Shown piece by piece: positions 1 through 7,636 of a DNA stretch of 32,000 nt. Source of the DNA: Acidimicrobiales bacterium. Lineage in GTDB: Bacteria > Actinomycetota > Acidimicrobiia > Acidimicrobiales > CATQHL01. The position numbers were made by a program, and so were the translations under genes. Below the pieces are notes generated by a model that was given only the letters and a program-made list of their open reading frames with translations, had not been told where the DNA came from and searched no databases. Within the stretch, counting starts at the first letter, position 1. Each line of letters begins with the position of its first letter. Location: NCBI GenBank assembly GCA_965221525.1, contig CBDCSG010000008.1, forward strand, positions 493,750 through 525,749, in the 5' to 3' direction.

Positions 1-1
1 G

Positions 2-70
2 GTGCCGGGTTCGGTGGCACTGGAGGTGACCGCGACGGAGGTCGTGGACCGTCACCGGGGCGGCACCTGA
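2..70 (+). CDS. 3' end of an ORF entering from the left edge (partial); possibly another Tad/Flp pilus accessory protein
   Basis: The frame is open from the window edge (...VALEVTATEVVDRHRGGT*) with GC-rich third codon positions. Its TGA at 68-70 overlaps the next ATG (TGATG). The function is guessed only from the neighbouring gene. Confidence 0.3.
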   Translation: MPGSVALEVTATEVVDRHRGGT

Positions 71-495
71 TGGTTCCCGCGAGCCGGGCACGCACCGGCG
101 AGAGCGGCGTGATCAGCCTGTTCGTGGCCGTGCTGTTCGTTGCGTTCTTCCTGGTCGTCGGCATCGTGGTCGACTCCGCGGAACTGCGCGGGCAGCGCCG
201 GGCGCTGTCGGACCTGGCGCGCCAGGCGGCGCGCGCCGCCGTGCAGGAAGTGGATGTGACCGCCTACCGGGCCACTGGAACCGTTCGCCTCGACGCCGCC
301 GCCGCCTCGGCGACGGCGCGGGCCCTTGCGGTCCGCTCCGGGCTGGAGGCGGACGTGACCATCGAGGGTGACCGGGCCGCTGTGCGCTTGAGCAAGGCCG
401 TTCCGGTGCGCGTTCTGGGTTTGGGGGAGCGCGACGTCACTGTCCGCGCGGCCGGGGAGGCTCGTGCCGTCTGGGGTGTCGGCACCCGCCCCTAG
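70..495 (+). CDS. TadE/G-like Flp pilus assembly protein
   Basis: 141 aa. The N-terminal segment GESGVISLFVAVLFVAFFLVVGIVVDSAELRGQRRALSDLARQAARAA fits the TadE/G-like (Tad) signature as I remember it. The start overlaps the upstream stop. Confidence 0.6.
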   Translation: MVPASRARTGESGVISLFVAVLFVAFFLVVGIVVDSAELRGQRRALSDLARQAARAAVQEVDVTAYRATGTVRLDAAAASATARALAVRSGLEADVTIEGDRAAVRLSKAVPVRVLGLGERDVTVRAAGEARAVWGVGTRP

Positions 496-585
496 GTGAC
501 TCGATCGCTCCCGTGCCGCCGCGGCGGCGGGTGTTGCCGGCTGGGCCGGCCTGTCGTCGGCCGATCGAGAGGTGAGGTGAAGGAG

Positions 586-1539
586 ATGGGACGGAAGGTT
601 CGCGGGGTGTTCTCCGGGCTCGGGGCCTGCGCGCTGCTGGTGGCGTTCCTGGCGGGCGTGCCGGTGTGCCTGGTCAGGCTGGTCGGCAATCCCTTGCCGG
701 CAGGACCGCCGGCGTGGTCCTCGGTGGTCGCCGTCATCGACAGCGGAACCGTACCGCCGGGGGTGCTCGTGCGCGTCGTGGCGATCGTCGTGTGGATCTG
801 GTGGTCGCAGGTTGCGATCTCCTTCCTCGCCGAGATCGTCGCGGTGCGCCGTGGTCGGGCCACCCGGCCGCTGCCCCTGCGGGCACTGGGGATGCAGCCA
901 CTCGTCGTGCGTCTCGTGGCGGTGGCGGTGACCACGACGGGCGCGTTCGCGGCATTGGCTCCACCGGCACTTGCCGCCACGCCCTCGTTCGCCGACATCA
1001 CGGTCCCGATTGGGAGCCGAGAGTCGACGCACGACGGCGTCGCGGAATCGGCGCCGATCCTGTTCCCGGCGACGGCACCGGCCGGCACCGGCGCGCAGTC
1101 CGCCGGCCCCGCGCCCGCTCCCCGCACCGACGTGATCTCCCGGTTGAGCGGGATTCGGCGTCAGGCGCACGAGGCGCCGCCGACCGAACCGGCGCTCAGG
1201 CCTCCCGTTACCGCGCCGTCCGCGGGGGCACCGCCCCCGGGGGAGCCGCAGGGGGACACGTCTCCGGATGCGCCACCCCCGGGCGCGCCGTCTCCGGTGG
1301 CGACACCGCCGGGGGCGGTGGGCTGGATCGTCGTCAAGCCAGGGGACTCGCTGTGGCACCTGGCGGAGCGGCACCTCGGCGACGCCCTGCGTTGGGAGGA
1401 CATCTACGAGTTGAACTCCGGGCCATTGCCGGGTGGTGGCGCTCTGCGCGACCCGAACCTCATCCATCCCGGATGGCGGCTGCGCCTGCCCCAGGCTGAT
1501 TCCCCGGTCCCGGCCGGCGCAACCGGGGCGCGCCGGTGA
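586..1539 (+). CDS. LysM domain-containing membrane protein (Tad-locus associated)
   Basis: ATG at 586 follows GGTGAGGTGAAGGAG. Hydrophobic helices include ACALLVAFLAGVPVCLV and VVAIVVWIWWSQVAISFLAEIV, followed by a Pro/Ala-rich linker. The C-terminal LysM motif is VVKPGDSLWHLAERHLGDALRWEDIYELN...IHPGWRLRLP. The GTG at 496 in the ORF track is an alternative start. Confidence 0.7.
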   Translation: MGRKVRGVFSGLGACALLVAFLAGVPVCLVRLVGNPLPAGPPAWSSVVAVIDSGTVPPGVLVRVVAIVVWIWWSQVAISFLAEIVAVRRGRATRPLPLRALGMQPLVVRLVAVAVTTTGAFAALAPPALAATPSFADITVPIGSRESTHDGVAESAPILFPATAPAGTGAQSAGPAPAPRTDVISRLSGIRRQAHEAPPTEPALRPPVTAPSAGAPPPGEPQGDTSPDAPPPGAPSPVATPPGAVGWIVVKPGDSLWHLAERHLGDALRWEDIYELNSGPLPGGGALRDPNLIHPGWRLRLPQADSPVPAGATGARR

Positions 1540-1640
1540 CGCTCAGCAGCCCGGCATCGTCGCCCGACCATCCCCTCGGATAGCGTCACCCGGTCGGAGA
1601 AGGGCCCGACTGCGGCCGAATACCGCAGAAGAGGACGTCG

Positions 1641-3434
1641 TTGCCACCGTCAGCACCATCGATCCACCGGACCGGCGCGCCGCCCTTCGAGGGGAACGCA
1701 GGTCGCGAAGTCCCCTGGGGTGATCTCCGTCGCCTCCTGGCCGCCATGCCCGCGAGGTTGCGGGGGCGTCCCCTGCCGCCGGTCGTGGCCGTCACCGTCT
1801 CGCCGCAGACGATCGGGCTTCTCCTGGCCGCCCCACACCCGGATCCGGCGATGGGCTTCGAGTCGATCGATGACGGCATGACCTGGGTGATCGAGCGTTC
1901 AACGCTTGCCGCGGTGGCCGCGCCACCGACTGGGCGCGTGCCCTGGCCCCTGCTCGCCCCCCTGGGACACGTCCGGCCTCATGGATCGCTCGTGCTTGCC
2001 AACCTGGAGCACTTCGGCGCCGTCGACCTGATCGGTGAGCCGCACGATGTGGAGGACCTGGCCGGATTCCTGGGCGCGGGAATTGCAGCCGACCATCTGG
2101 ATGCCCGTCCACTGATGATCTGCGTGAACTGCAACGGGCATCTCGCCGGCGTGAGCGGCGTCCGGGTGGCGGAGTCCGTCGGTGATGTGCTGGCCGACAT
2201 CCGGAGGCATCGGGCCCGCCTCGGCGCCTCTGCGGCGCGTGCCCGCGATCCGCGGGCGCTGCACGTGCATCGCGCTCGGCGGACGGTCCCTCCGCTGGTC
2301 GTCATCGATCCGCACACCCGCGATCCGGAGACGCGCGGTCGCCTGCACACGTTGGCCGGTCCGGCGCTGGCTGTCGTGACAGCAGCCACCGGAGACGCTC
2401 GATGGGGATCGCCGCAGCCGCATGGGCGGGCCTGGGCATTGGAGGTCAACGGATCCGACATCCGCTGGCACCCTGTCGGCGTCGACCTGCGCTTCGACCG
2501 TCGCGACCGGCGGGCGGTGCCCGAACCCGTTGTTGACTTCCCCCGGCGCCGCCTGGCGCCGGGGAGGAGTGGCGCCCGAATCGGCGGTGGCCGCGCCGAG
2601 GTCGCGGTGCGACGTGACGGTGTGGCGCGAGCGAGGCGCGACGCTCACGGGTCGGTCGCCGAGCCCCCCGGTACCGGACGTCGTGCCGACGCTCCCGGCA
2701 CGAGGCAGGGGCCGGTGGAGTTGCAGGTTCTGGGCATCGTGCAGGTCATTGGGGCGGCGGTTCCGTTCACGTCGCAGCGAGCTCTCGATCTGGCGTGTTT
2801 CCTCGCCGTCAACCGAGACGGAGCCAATGCCGACAGGCTCTGCGACCTGTTGTGGCAACGCTCGGAGCCGCCGCCGAGCCGCAAGTCCCTCGGGAACGTG
2901 GTCTCGCGGGCCCGGGTCTGCCTCGGCCATGACTCAAGCGGCCGGCCGTACCTCCCTCGGGTCGGCGCGGACGGTGTCTACCGCCTGTCACCGCAGGTGA
3001 CGACCGACCTGGAGCGTTTCACCGCGTGGCGGGAAGCGGCGGAGCACGCGCCGTCCGCCCAGGCGATCGAGTACCTCGTCGCCGCAGTCTCGATGGTCCG
3101 GGGTGCGCCGTTCGGTGGCGGCACCGGGGGGACGTTCTCCTGGGCCGACATCTCCTGGCGCAGCCACGTCGAACACCTCGTCGACAACACGTTCCACTGG
3201 CTCGCGGACGAGGCCCTGGACCGTGGCCGCGTCGACCTCGCCCGCTGGGTGACGTTGAAGGGGCTCTCCGTCACGCCGGACTGCGAGGACTGCTGCGAGC
3301 AGAGGATGATCGCCGCCCGGCGCTCCGGAGACTGCAGGGAGATAGCCGCGGCAACGCGCCACATGCAGCGCCTCGAGAGCGAACCGGCTTTCCCGTTCGA
3401 CGGGCTGACCGGGATCGGGCCCGGCGGCACCTAG
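1641..3434 (+). CDS. BTAD/SARP-type transcriptional regulator with an unassigned N-terminal region
   Basis: TTG at 1641 follows GAAGAGGA. From residue ~359 (nt 2715) there is an OmpR-like winged helix (VELQVLGIVQVIGAAVPFTSQRALDLACFLAVNRDGANADRLCDLLWQ...VYRLSPQVTTDLERF). A BTAD-like helical region follows (AIEYLVAAVSMVRGAPF...RWVTLKGLSVTPDCEDCCEQRMIA). I could not assign residues 1-358. The start codon is uncertain. Confidence 0.65.
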   Translation: MPPSAPSIHRTGAPPFEGNAGREVPWGDLRRLLAAMPARLRGRPLPPVVAVTVSPQTIGLLLAAPHPDPAMGFESIDDGMTWVIERSTLAAVAAPPTGRVPWPLLAPLGHVRPHGSLVLANLEHFGAVDLIGEPHDVEDLAGFLGAGIAADHLDARPLMICVNCNGHLAGVSGVRVAESVGDVLADIRRHRARLGASAARARDPRALHVHRARRTVPPLVVIDPHTRDPETRGRLHTLAGPALAVVTAATGDARWGSPQPHGRAWALEVNGSDIRWHPVGVDLRFDRRDRRAVPEPVVDFPRRRLAPGRSGARIGGGRAEVAVRRDGVARARRDAHGSVAEPPGTGRRADAPGTRQGPVELQVLGIVQVIGAAVPFTSQRALDLACFLAVNRDGANADRLCDLLWQRSEPPPSRKSLGNVVSRARVCLGHDSSGRPYLPRVGADGVYRLSPQVTTDLERFTAWREAAEHAPSAQAIEYLVAAVSMVRGAPFGGGTGGTFSWADISWRSHVEHLVDNTFHWLADEALDRGRVDLARWVTLKGLSVTPDCEDCCEQRMIAARRSGDCREIAAATRHMQRLESEPAFPFDGLTGIGPGGT

Positions 3435-3443
3435 GGGAAGCGT

Positions 3444-3468
3444 CCGGCGGCGGCGGAACGACCGCCGG
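3444..3468. terminator. GC hairpin between convergent genes (candidate bidirectional terminator)
   Basis: CCGGCGG (3444-3450) is complementary to CCGCCGG (3462-3468) with an 11-nt loop. It sits in the 48-bp gap between the BTAD stop (3434) and the MATE stop (3483). There is no U-tract. Confidence 0.3.
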
Positions 3469-3482
3469 CGCGGGGTGCCGAC

Positions 3483-4709
3483 TCACTGGCCCCCGAGGCG
3501 AATCCATCCGGTGCCGATGAAGCGCGCCGTCACGCCCACCAGGCGGGCGGCCATGAAGACCACCAGGGCTCCCCAGACCCAGCCGATGCCGGCGTCGGAC
3601 AGGCGCACACCCACCACCAGGGGCACGAACACCGCCGACGCCGCGGCCATGGCCCACGCCAGGTAGCGCAGATCGCCGGCGCCGATCAGCACCCCGTCGA
3701 GGGCGAACACCACCCCGTTGATCGGCAGCATGAGCGCCAGGTGCAGCATCAGGAACCCGGCCAGGGTCACCACGGCCGGGTCGGCGCTGAACAGCTGCGG
3801 CAGCACGGGCCGCAACCCCACCGCCACGAGCGCGCCCACCAGCCCGCACACCAGCCCCCACCAGACGACCCGGCGGCCCACGTGGCGGGCGCCGTCGCCG
3901 TCTCCCGCACCCAGCAGGGTGCCGATCATGCCCTGCGCGGCGATGGCGAGGGCGTCGAGGGCCAGCGCCGAGAACACGAACAACTGGATGACGATCTGGT
4001 GCGCGCCCAGGTCGGCGTTGCCGATGCGGGCGGCGGCGGACGTGGCCACCACGAAGGCGATCTGCAGTGAAGCGGTCCGCACCAGCAGCGCACCGCCGGC
4101 GCTCAGTAGCCGGCGCAACACCGCCGGATCGGGGCGCATGCTGCGCACGTGCGGCCACGCATCGGCCAGCACCCAGCGCACGTAGAGGGCGGCGCCGACC
4201 CACTGGGCCGCCACCGTCGAGGCGGCCGACGCGCCGATGCCGAAGCCCAGGCCGTAGACCAGGACCAGTTCCAGCACCAGGTTCAGCACCGCCGTGAGGA
4301 CTGCGACCTTCAGCGGCCGCGCCATGTCCAGGCCGCCCCGCAGGTACCCCATGCCGGCCAGCATGATCATCAGGGCGGGCAGCCCGGCGAGGCTGATCAC
4401 CAGGTAGATGCGTGCCTGGGCCAGAACCTCGCCCTCGCCCCCCAGCAGTCCCAGCAACTGGTCGGCGAAGCCGTACAGGACCGCGCCGGCGGCGACGCCG
4501 ACGGTCGTCGCCATCAACAGCCCCTGGATCCCCCAGCGGGCGGCGTCGGCGCGGCGGCCCGCGCCGATGAGGCGCGCCACCGCCGCCGTGGTGCCGTAGG
4601 CCAGGAAGATGAACAGGGCGTAGACGCTCAGCAGCACCTGGCCCGCCAGGGCCAACCCCCCGAGTTGCGGCGTGCCCAGATGCCCCACGATGGCGGTGTC
4701 GACGAGCAC
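3483..4709 (-). CDS. MATE family efflux transporter (DinF-like)
   Basis: Polytopic hydrophobic protein with a MATE-type N-terminus (VDTAIVGHLGTPQLGGLALAGQVLLSVYALFIFLAYGTTAAVARLIGAG) and repeated halves. 4709 is the first canonical start (GTG), but conserved MATE sequence continues upstream (see finding). Confidence 0.8.
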   Translation of the reverse strand: MLVDTAIVGHLGTPQLGGLALAGQVLLSVYALFIFLAYGTTAAVARLIGAGRRADAARWGIQGLLMATTVGVAAGAVLYGFADQLLGLLGGEGEVLAQARIYLVISLAGLPALMIMLAGMGYLRGGLDMARPLKVAVLTAVLNLVLELVLVYGLGFGIGASAASTVAAQWVGAALYVRWVLADAWPHVRSMRPDPAVLRRLLSAGGALLVRTASLQIAFVVATSAAARIGNADLGAHQIVIQLFVFSALALDALAIAAQGMIGTLLGAGDGDGARHVGRRVVWWGLVCGLVGALVAVGLRPVLPQLFSADPAVVTLAGFLMLHLALMLPINGVVFALDGVLIGAGDLRYLAWAMAAASAVFVPLVVGVRLSDAGIGWVWGALVVFMAARLVGVTARFIGTGWIRLGGQ

Positions 4710-4790
4710 GTAGAGCGGCTCGGCGACCAGCGCGCCGAAGGCCGGGATCGCCAGGCGGAATATCTCCCGATCGCGCGGCCGGATTCCGCC

Positions 4791-4808
4791 CGAAGAAGTA
4801 GTGTTTCG
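4791..4808. promoter_or_regulatory. Imperfect palindrome in the MATE/regulator divergent spacer (candidate operator)
   Basis: In CGAAGAAGTAGTGTTTCG, 6 of 9 position pairs are self-complementary. It lies in a locally AT-richer patch between the divergent MATE gene and the MerR/TetR regulator. Confidence 0.25.
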
Positions 4809-4833
4809 CCCAACTCGGCGAGGTGGGAAAGTG

Positions 4834-5634
4834 ATGGACGTTCAGCTTACGGACAGCTTCTCGATGGCTGAACTCGTCGACCGCACGGGTGTGCCGGCGT
4901 CGACGATCCATCACTATGTCCGCCTGGGACTGCTGCCGCCGCCGCAGCGGATGGGGCCCAAGCGCTTCCTCTACGGCTGCGAGCACGTCGATTCCCTCCG
5001 GGTGATTCGCGACCTGCGGCAGCGTCAACGGCTGTCGCTGGCGAGGATCGCCGACGTGTTGCCGGAGATCCTCGCCAATCCGGAGCCCGGCGGTGCCGGG
5101 GTGGGGGACGCCCAGGCTCCCGGGGTGGCCGAACGGATTCTCGACGTTGCGATCGAGGCGTTCGGCCTGCACAGCTACAGCGAGGTCAGCATCGCCGACC
5201 TGTGCTCCGGCGCCGACGTCGCCAAGGGAACCTTCTACCGCCACTTCGACTCGAAGGGAGAGGTCTTCGTGCGCGCCGCCGAGAGGGTGGTGCAGCAGGC
5301 ACTCGCCAGCCTCCGCAGCGGCGTCGGCGACCTCTCCCAGCCGCCCGACATGCATGCCGCGGCCGAGTTGGTTGCCGGGGCGCTGCGCCCGGGTCTGCCG
5401 GTGCTGCTGGAACTCGCCAAGCGGGCGATGCAGTTCGAGCCGGAGTACGTGGCCGAGGCGAGGGACACGTTCGGGAAGCTGGCGGCCGAGACCGGCGAGA
5501 TCCTGATGCCCGGCGAGGCGGGCAGCCATGCCGCCGGGGGGATGGTCATCCTCGACGCCGTCGTCACGGTGTTCCGCTCGCTCGTCGGTGGGCGTGGCGA
5601 GGCGCAGGCGTCCACCGAGGGGGCTGCGGCGTAG
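4834..5634 (+). CDS. Dual-HTH transcriptional regulator: N-terminal MerR-type HTH fused to a TetR-type HTH/ligand domain
   Basis: ATG at 4834 follows GAGGTGGGAAAG. MerR-like region: SMAELVDRTGVPASTIHHYVRLGLLPPPQRMGPKRFLYGCEHVDSLRVIRDLRQRQRLSLARIADVL. TetR_N-like region: RILDVAIEAFGLHSYSEVSIADLCSGADVAKGTFYRHFDSKGEVF. The gene is divergent from the MATE gene. Confidence 0.7.
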   Translation: MDVQLTDSFSMAELVDRTGVPASTIHHYVRLGLLPPPQRMGPKRFLYGCEHVDSLRVIRDLRQRQRLSLARIADVLPEILANPEPGGAGVGDAQAPGVAERILDVAIEAFGLHSYSEVSIADLCSGADVAKGTFYRHFDSKGEVFVRAAERVVQQALASLRSGVGDLSQPPDMHAAAELVAGALRPGLPVLLELAKRAMQFEPEYVAEARDTFGKLAAETGEILMPGEAGSHAAGGMVILDAVVTVFRSLVGGRGEAQASTEGAAA

Positions 5635-5733
5635 CACGCCGGCGCGGCCCGGCCGGCCGGTCCCGCCGGGTTCCGGATCGGGCCGCGACGTGGCCACCGG
5701 GATAGCCTCCGGAGGTGGAGCCGCCCTACTACA

Positions 5734-5761
5734 ACAATTGGACCGACCGGTCAGGAATTGT
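5734..5761. promoter_or_regulatory. 28-bp imperfect palindrome overlapping promoter-like hexamers upstream of the hopanoid operon
   Basis: The sequence is ACAATTgGACCGacCGGTCaggAATTGT, with outer 6-bp and inner 5-bp arms. It is the most AT-rich patch of the 5635-5825 spacer. TTGGAC (5738-5743) and the TANNNT-type TAAGGT (5763-5768) flank or overlap it. It ends 64 nt upstream of the GTG at 5826. Confidence 0.35.
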
Positions 5762-5825
5762 GTAAGGTGCGCGTCGTTGCGGGAAGCGGCCCCGGCCTGT
5801 GGGCTTCTTACAGGTGGAGGGTGAA

Positions 5826-6761
5826 GTGTCCAACGACAGATCGGCCGACCGCCTGAGGGTGGAGGGTCGGCCGGCTTCGCCAGGCGCGGATCGCCAGACG
5901 GCGTCGATCGAACGCTTCGCCGGCATCGACGGCGTCATGGCGCGGGCCGCCACGGAGAACTTCCCGGTGGCTCTGCGGGTGCTGCCCCGGCGGGTACGGC
6001 GGCACCTCCGGGCCATCTACGGCTATGCCCGGCTGGTCGACAACCTGGGCGACGAGTACCCCGGCGACCGGCCGGCGGCCCTCGACTGGCTCGAGGCCCA
6101 GATCGACGACCTCTATGCCGGAGCGCCCCGGCACCCGGTGTTCGTCCAGCTGGCACCCACGGTGGGTGCCTTCGACATCCCCCGCGCTCCCTTCGACGGC
6201 CTGCTCGCCGCCAACCGGGTAGACCAGACCAAGACGAGCTACGCCACCTGGGAGGAGTTGCTGGGCTACTGCGAGCTGTCGGCGAACCCCGTCGGCCGGC
6301 TCGTCCTCGCCGTCTTCGAGGCCTCCACGCCCCAGCGGCTGGCCGCCTCCGACGCGGTGTGCAGCGGGCTGCAGGTGCTGGAGCACCTCCAGGACATCGG
6401 CGAGGACGCCGCCATGGGCCGGATCTACCTGCCGGCCGACGACATGGCGAGGTTCGGTTGCGTGCCCGCCGATCTGCACGCTCCGGCGGCGAGCGAGGGG
6501 CTGCGCGAGCTCGTGGCCTTCGAAGCCGGGCGAGCCCGGGAGATGCTGGAGTCCGGCCGGCCGCTCGTCAGGTCGCTGCGCGGGCATGCCCGCCTGGCCA
6601 TCGCCGGTTTCACCGCGGGGGGTCTCGCCAACCTCGATGCCATCGAGGCGGCCGGTTACGACGTGCTGAGCACCGGCGTGAAAGCCGGCGCCGCCCGCCT
6701 GCTGCGCCGCCTCGTGCCGCTGTACGCCGGCGCCGTGCTGCGCCGCCGGGGTGCACCGTGA
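5826..6761 (+). CDS. hpnC: Hydroxysqualene synthase HpnC (squalene/phytoene synthase family)
   Basis: Motifs ENFPVALRVLPRRVRRHLRAIYGYARLVDNLGDE and QVLEHLQDIGEDAAMGRIYLP are the two Asp-rich regions of the family. It is the first of two tandem paralogs followed by hpnE and shc. GTG at 5826 follows GGAGG (5816-5820). Alternative starts are 5799 (GTG) and 5937 (ATG). Confidence 0.8.
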   Translation: MSNDRSADRLRVEGRPASPGADRQTASIERFAGIDGVMARAATENFPVALRVLPRRVRRHLRAIYGYARLVDNLGDEYPGDRPAALDWLEAQIDDLYAGAPRHPVFVQLAPTVGAFDIPRAPFDGLLAANRVDQTKTSYATWEELLGYCELSANPVGRLVLAVFEASTPQRLAASDAVCSGLQVLEHLQDIGEDAAMGRIYLPADDMARFGCVPADLHAPAASEGLRELVAFEAGRAREMLESGRPLVRSLRGHARLAIAGFTAGGLANLDAIEAAGYDVLSTGVKAGAARLLRRLVPLYAGAVLRRRGAP

Positions 6762-7636
6762 ACACCATCGGCGCCGAGGAGGCCTATCTCCGCTGCGAGG
6801 AGATCACCTGGGCGGAGGCCCGGAACTTCGCCTACGGCATCCGGTTGCTGCCGGCGCCGAAACGCCGTGCGATGGCGGCGCTGTACGCCATGGCCCGCAG
6901 GATCGACGACGTCGGCGACGGCGACTGGCCCACCGACCGCAAGCTCTCGGCCCTGGAGGACCTCCACGCCTCGATCGACGCGCTCGAGGCGGGCGAGCTG
7001 ACCGACCCGACCGACCCCGTGCTCGTCGGCCTCGGCCACGCCGCCGACCGGTACCCGATACCCGTCGGAGTCCTGCACGAGATCGTCGAGGGCTGCCAGC
7101 AGGACGTCATGGGGGCCACCTACGACAGCATGGACGACACGGTCCGCTACTGCCGGCTGGTGGCCGGCTCGGTCGGCCGGCTCTCACTGGGCGTGTTCGG
7201 CATCCGCAACGGTGGACGCTCGAGCGCCGCGGAGGACGCCCCACGCCTCGCCGACGAACTCGGCGTGGCGCTGCAACTCACCAACATGCTGCGCGACATC
7301 CGTGAGGACCACGAGATGGGGCGCATCTACCTGCCCCGCCAGGAGCGCGACCGGTTCGGCGTCCAGCCGGGCGAGTGGGCGCCGCCCGAAGGCGTGGCCG
7401 GCGTGGTGCGCCACGTGGGGGCCCAGGCGGCGGCGTGGTTCGAGCGGGGGCTGGTGCTGCTCGACCATCTCGACCACCGGAGCCGGGCCTGTACCGCGGC
7501 GATGGTGGGCATCTACCGCCGGTTGCTCGATCGCATGATGGCCGACCCCGAACAGCCGATGCACGTGCGGGTGCGGCTGCCCGGTCGGGAGAAGGCGCTC
7601 GTGGCGCTGCGCAGCGTGATCGGGCTGCGCCCGTGA
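6758..7636 (+). CDS. hpnD: Presqualene diphosphate synthase HpnD
   Basis: Motifs ARNFAYGIRLLPAPKRRAMAALYAMARRIDDVGD and LQLTNMLRDIREDHEMGRIYLP. GTG at 6758 overlaps the hpnC TGA (GTGA). The longer ORF from 6359 overlaps hpnC out of frame and is not credible. Confidence 0.85.
   Translation: MNTIGAEEAYLRCEEITWAEARNFAYGIRLLPAPKRRAMAALYAMARRIDDVGDGDWPTDRKLSALEDLHASIDALEAGELTDPTDPVLVGLGHAADRYPIPVGVLHEIVEGCQQDVMGATYDSMDDTVRYCRLVAGSVGRLSLGVFGIRNGGRSSAAEDAPRLADELGVALQLTNMLRDIREDHEMGRIYLPRQERDRFGVQPGEWAPPEGVAGVVRHVGAQAAAWFERGLVLLDHLDHRSRACTAAMVGIYRRLLDRMMADPEQPMHVRVRLPGREKALVALRSVIGLRP

Noticed and set aside
52-1467. 471-aa minus-strand ORF overlapping the TadE-like and LysM genes
   Set aside because: The translation is dominated by Arg/Pro/Gly/His runs with no motifs, which is typical of antisense frames in very GC-rich DNA. 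The plus-strand genes have recognisable domains.
3271-5697. 808-aa minus-strand ORF spanning the MATE and regulator genes
   Set aside because: It has the same low-complexity Arg/Gly/Pro composition. It overlaps two well-supported genes, one of them on the same strand in another frame. This is a GC artefact.
6359-6757. Upstream extension of the hpnD ORF (start 6359) and of the hpnE ORF (start 7375)
   Set aside because: Both extensions overlap the preceding gene out of frame and are Arg/Gly/Pro-rich. Conserved family sequence begins right after the GTGA overlap starts at 6758 and 7633.
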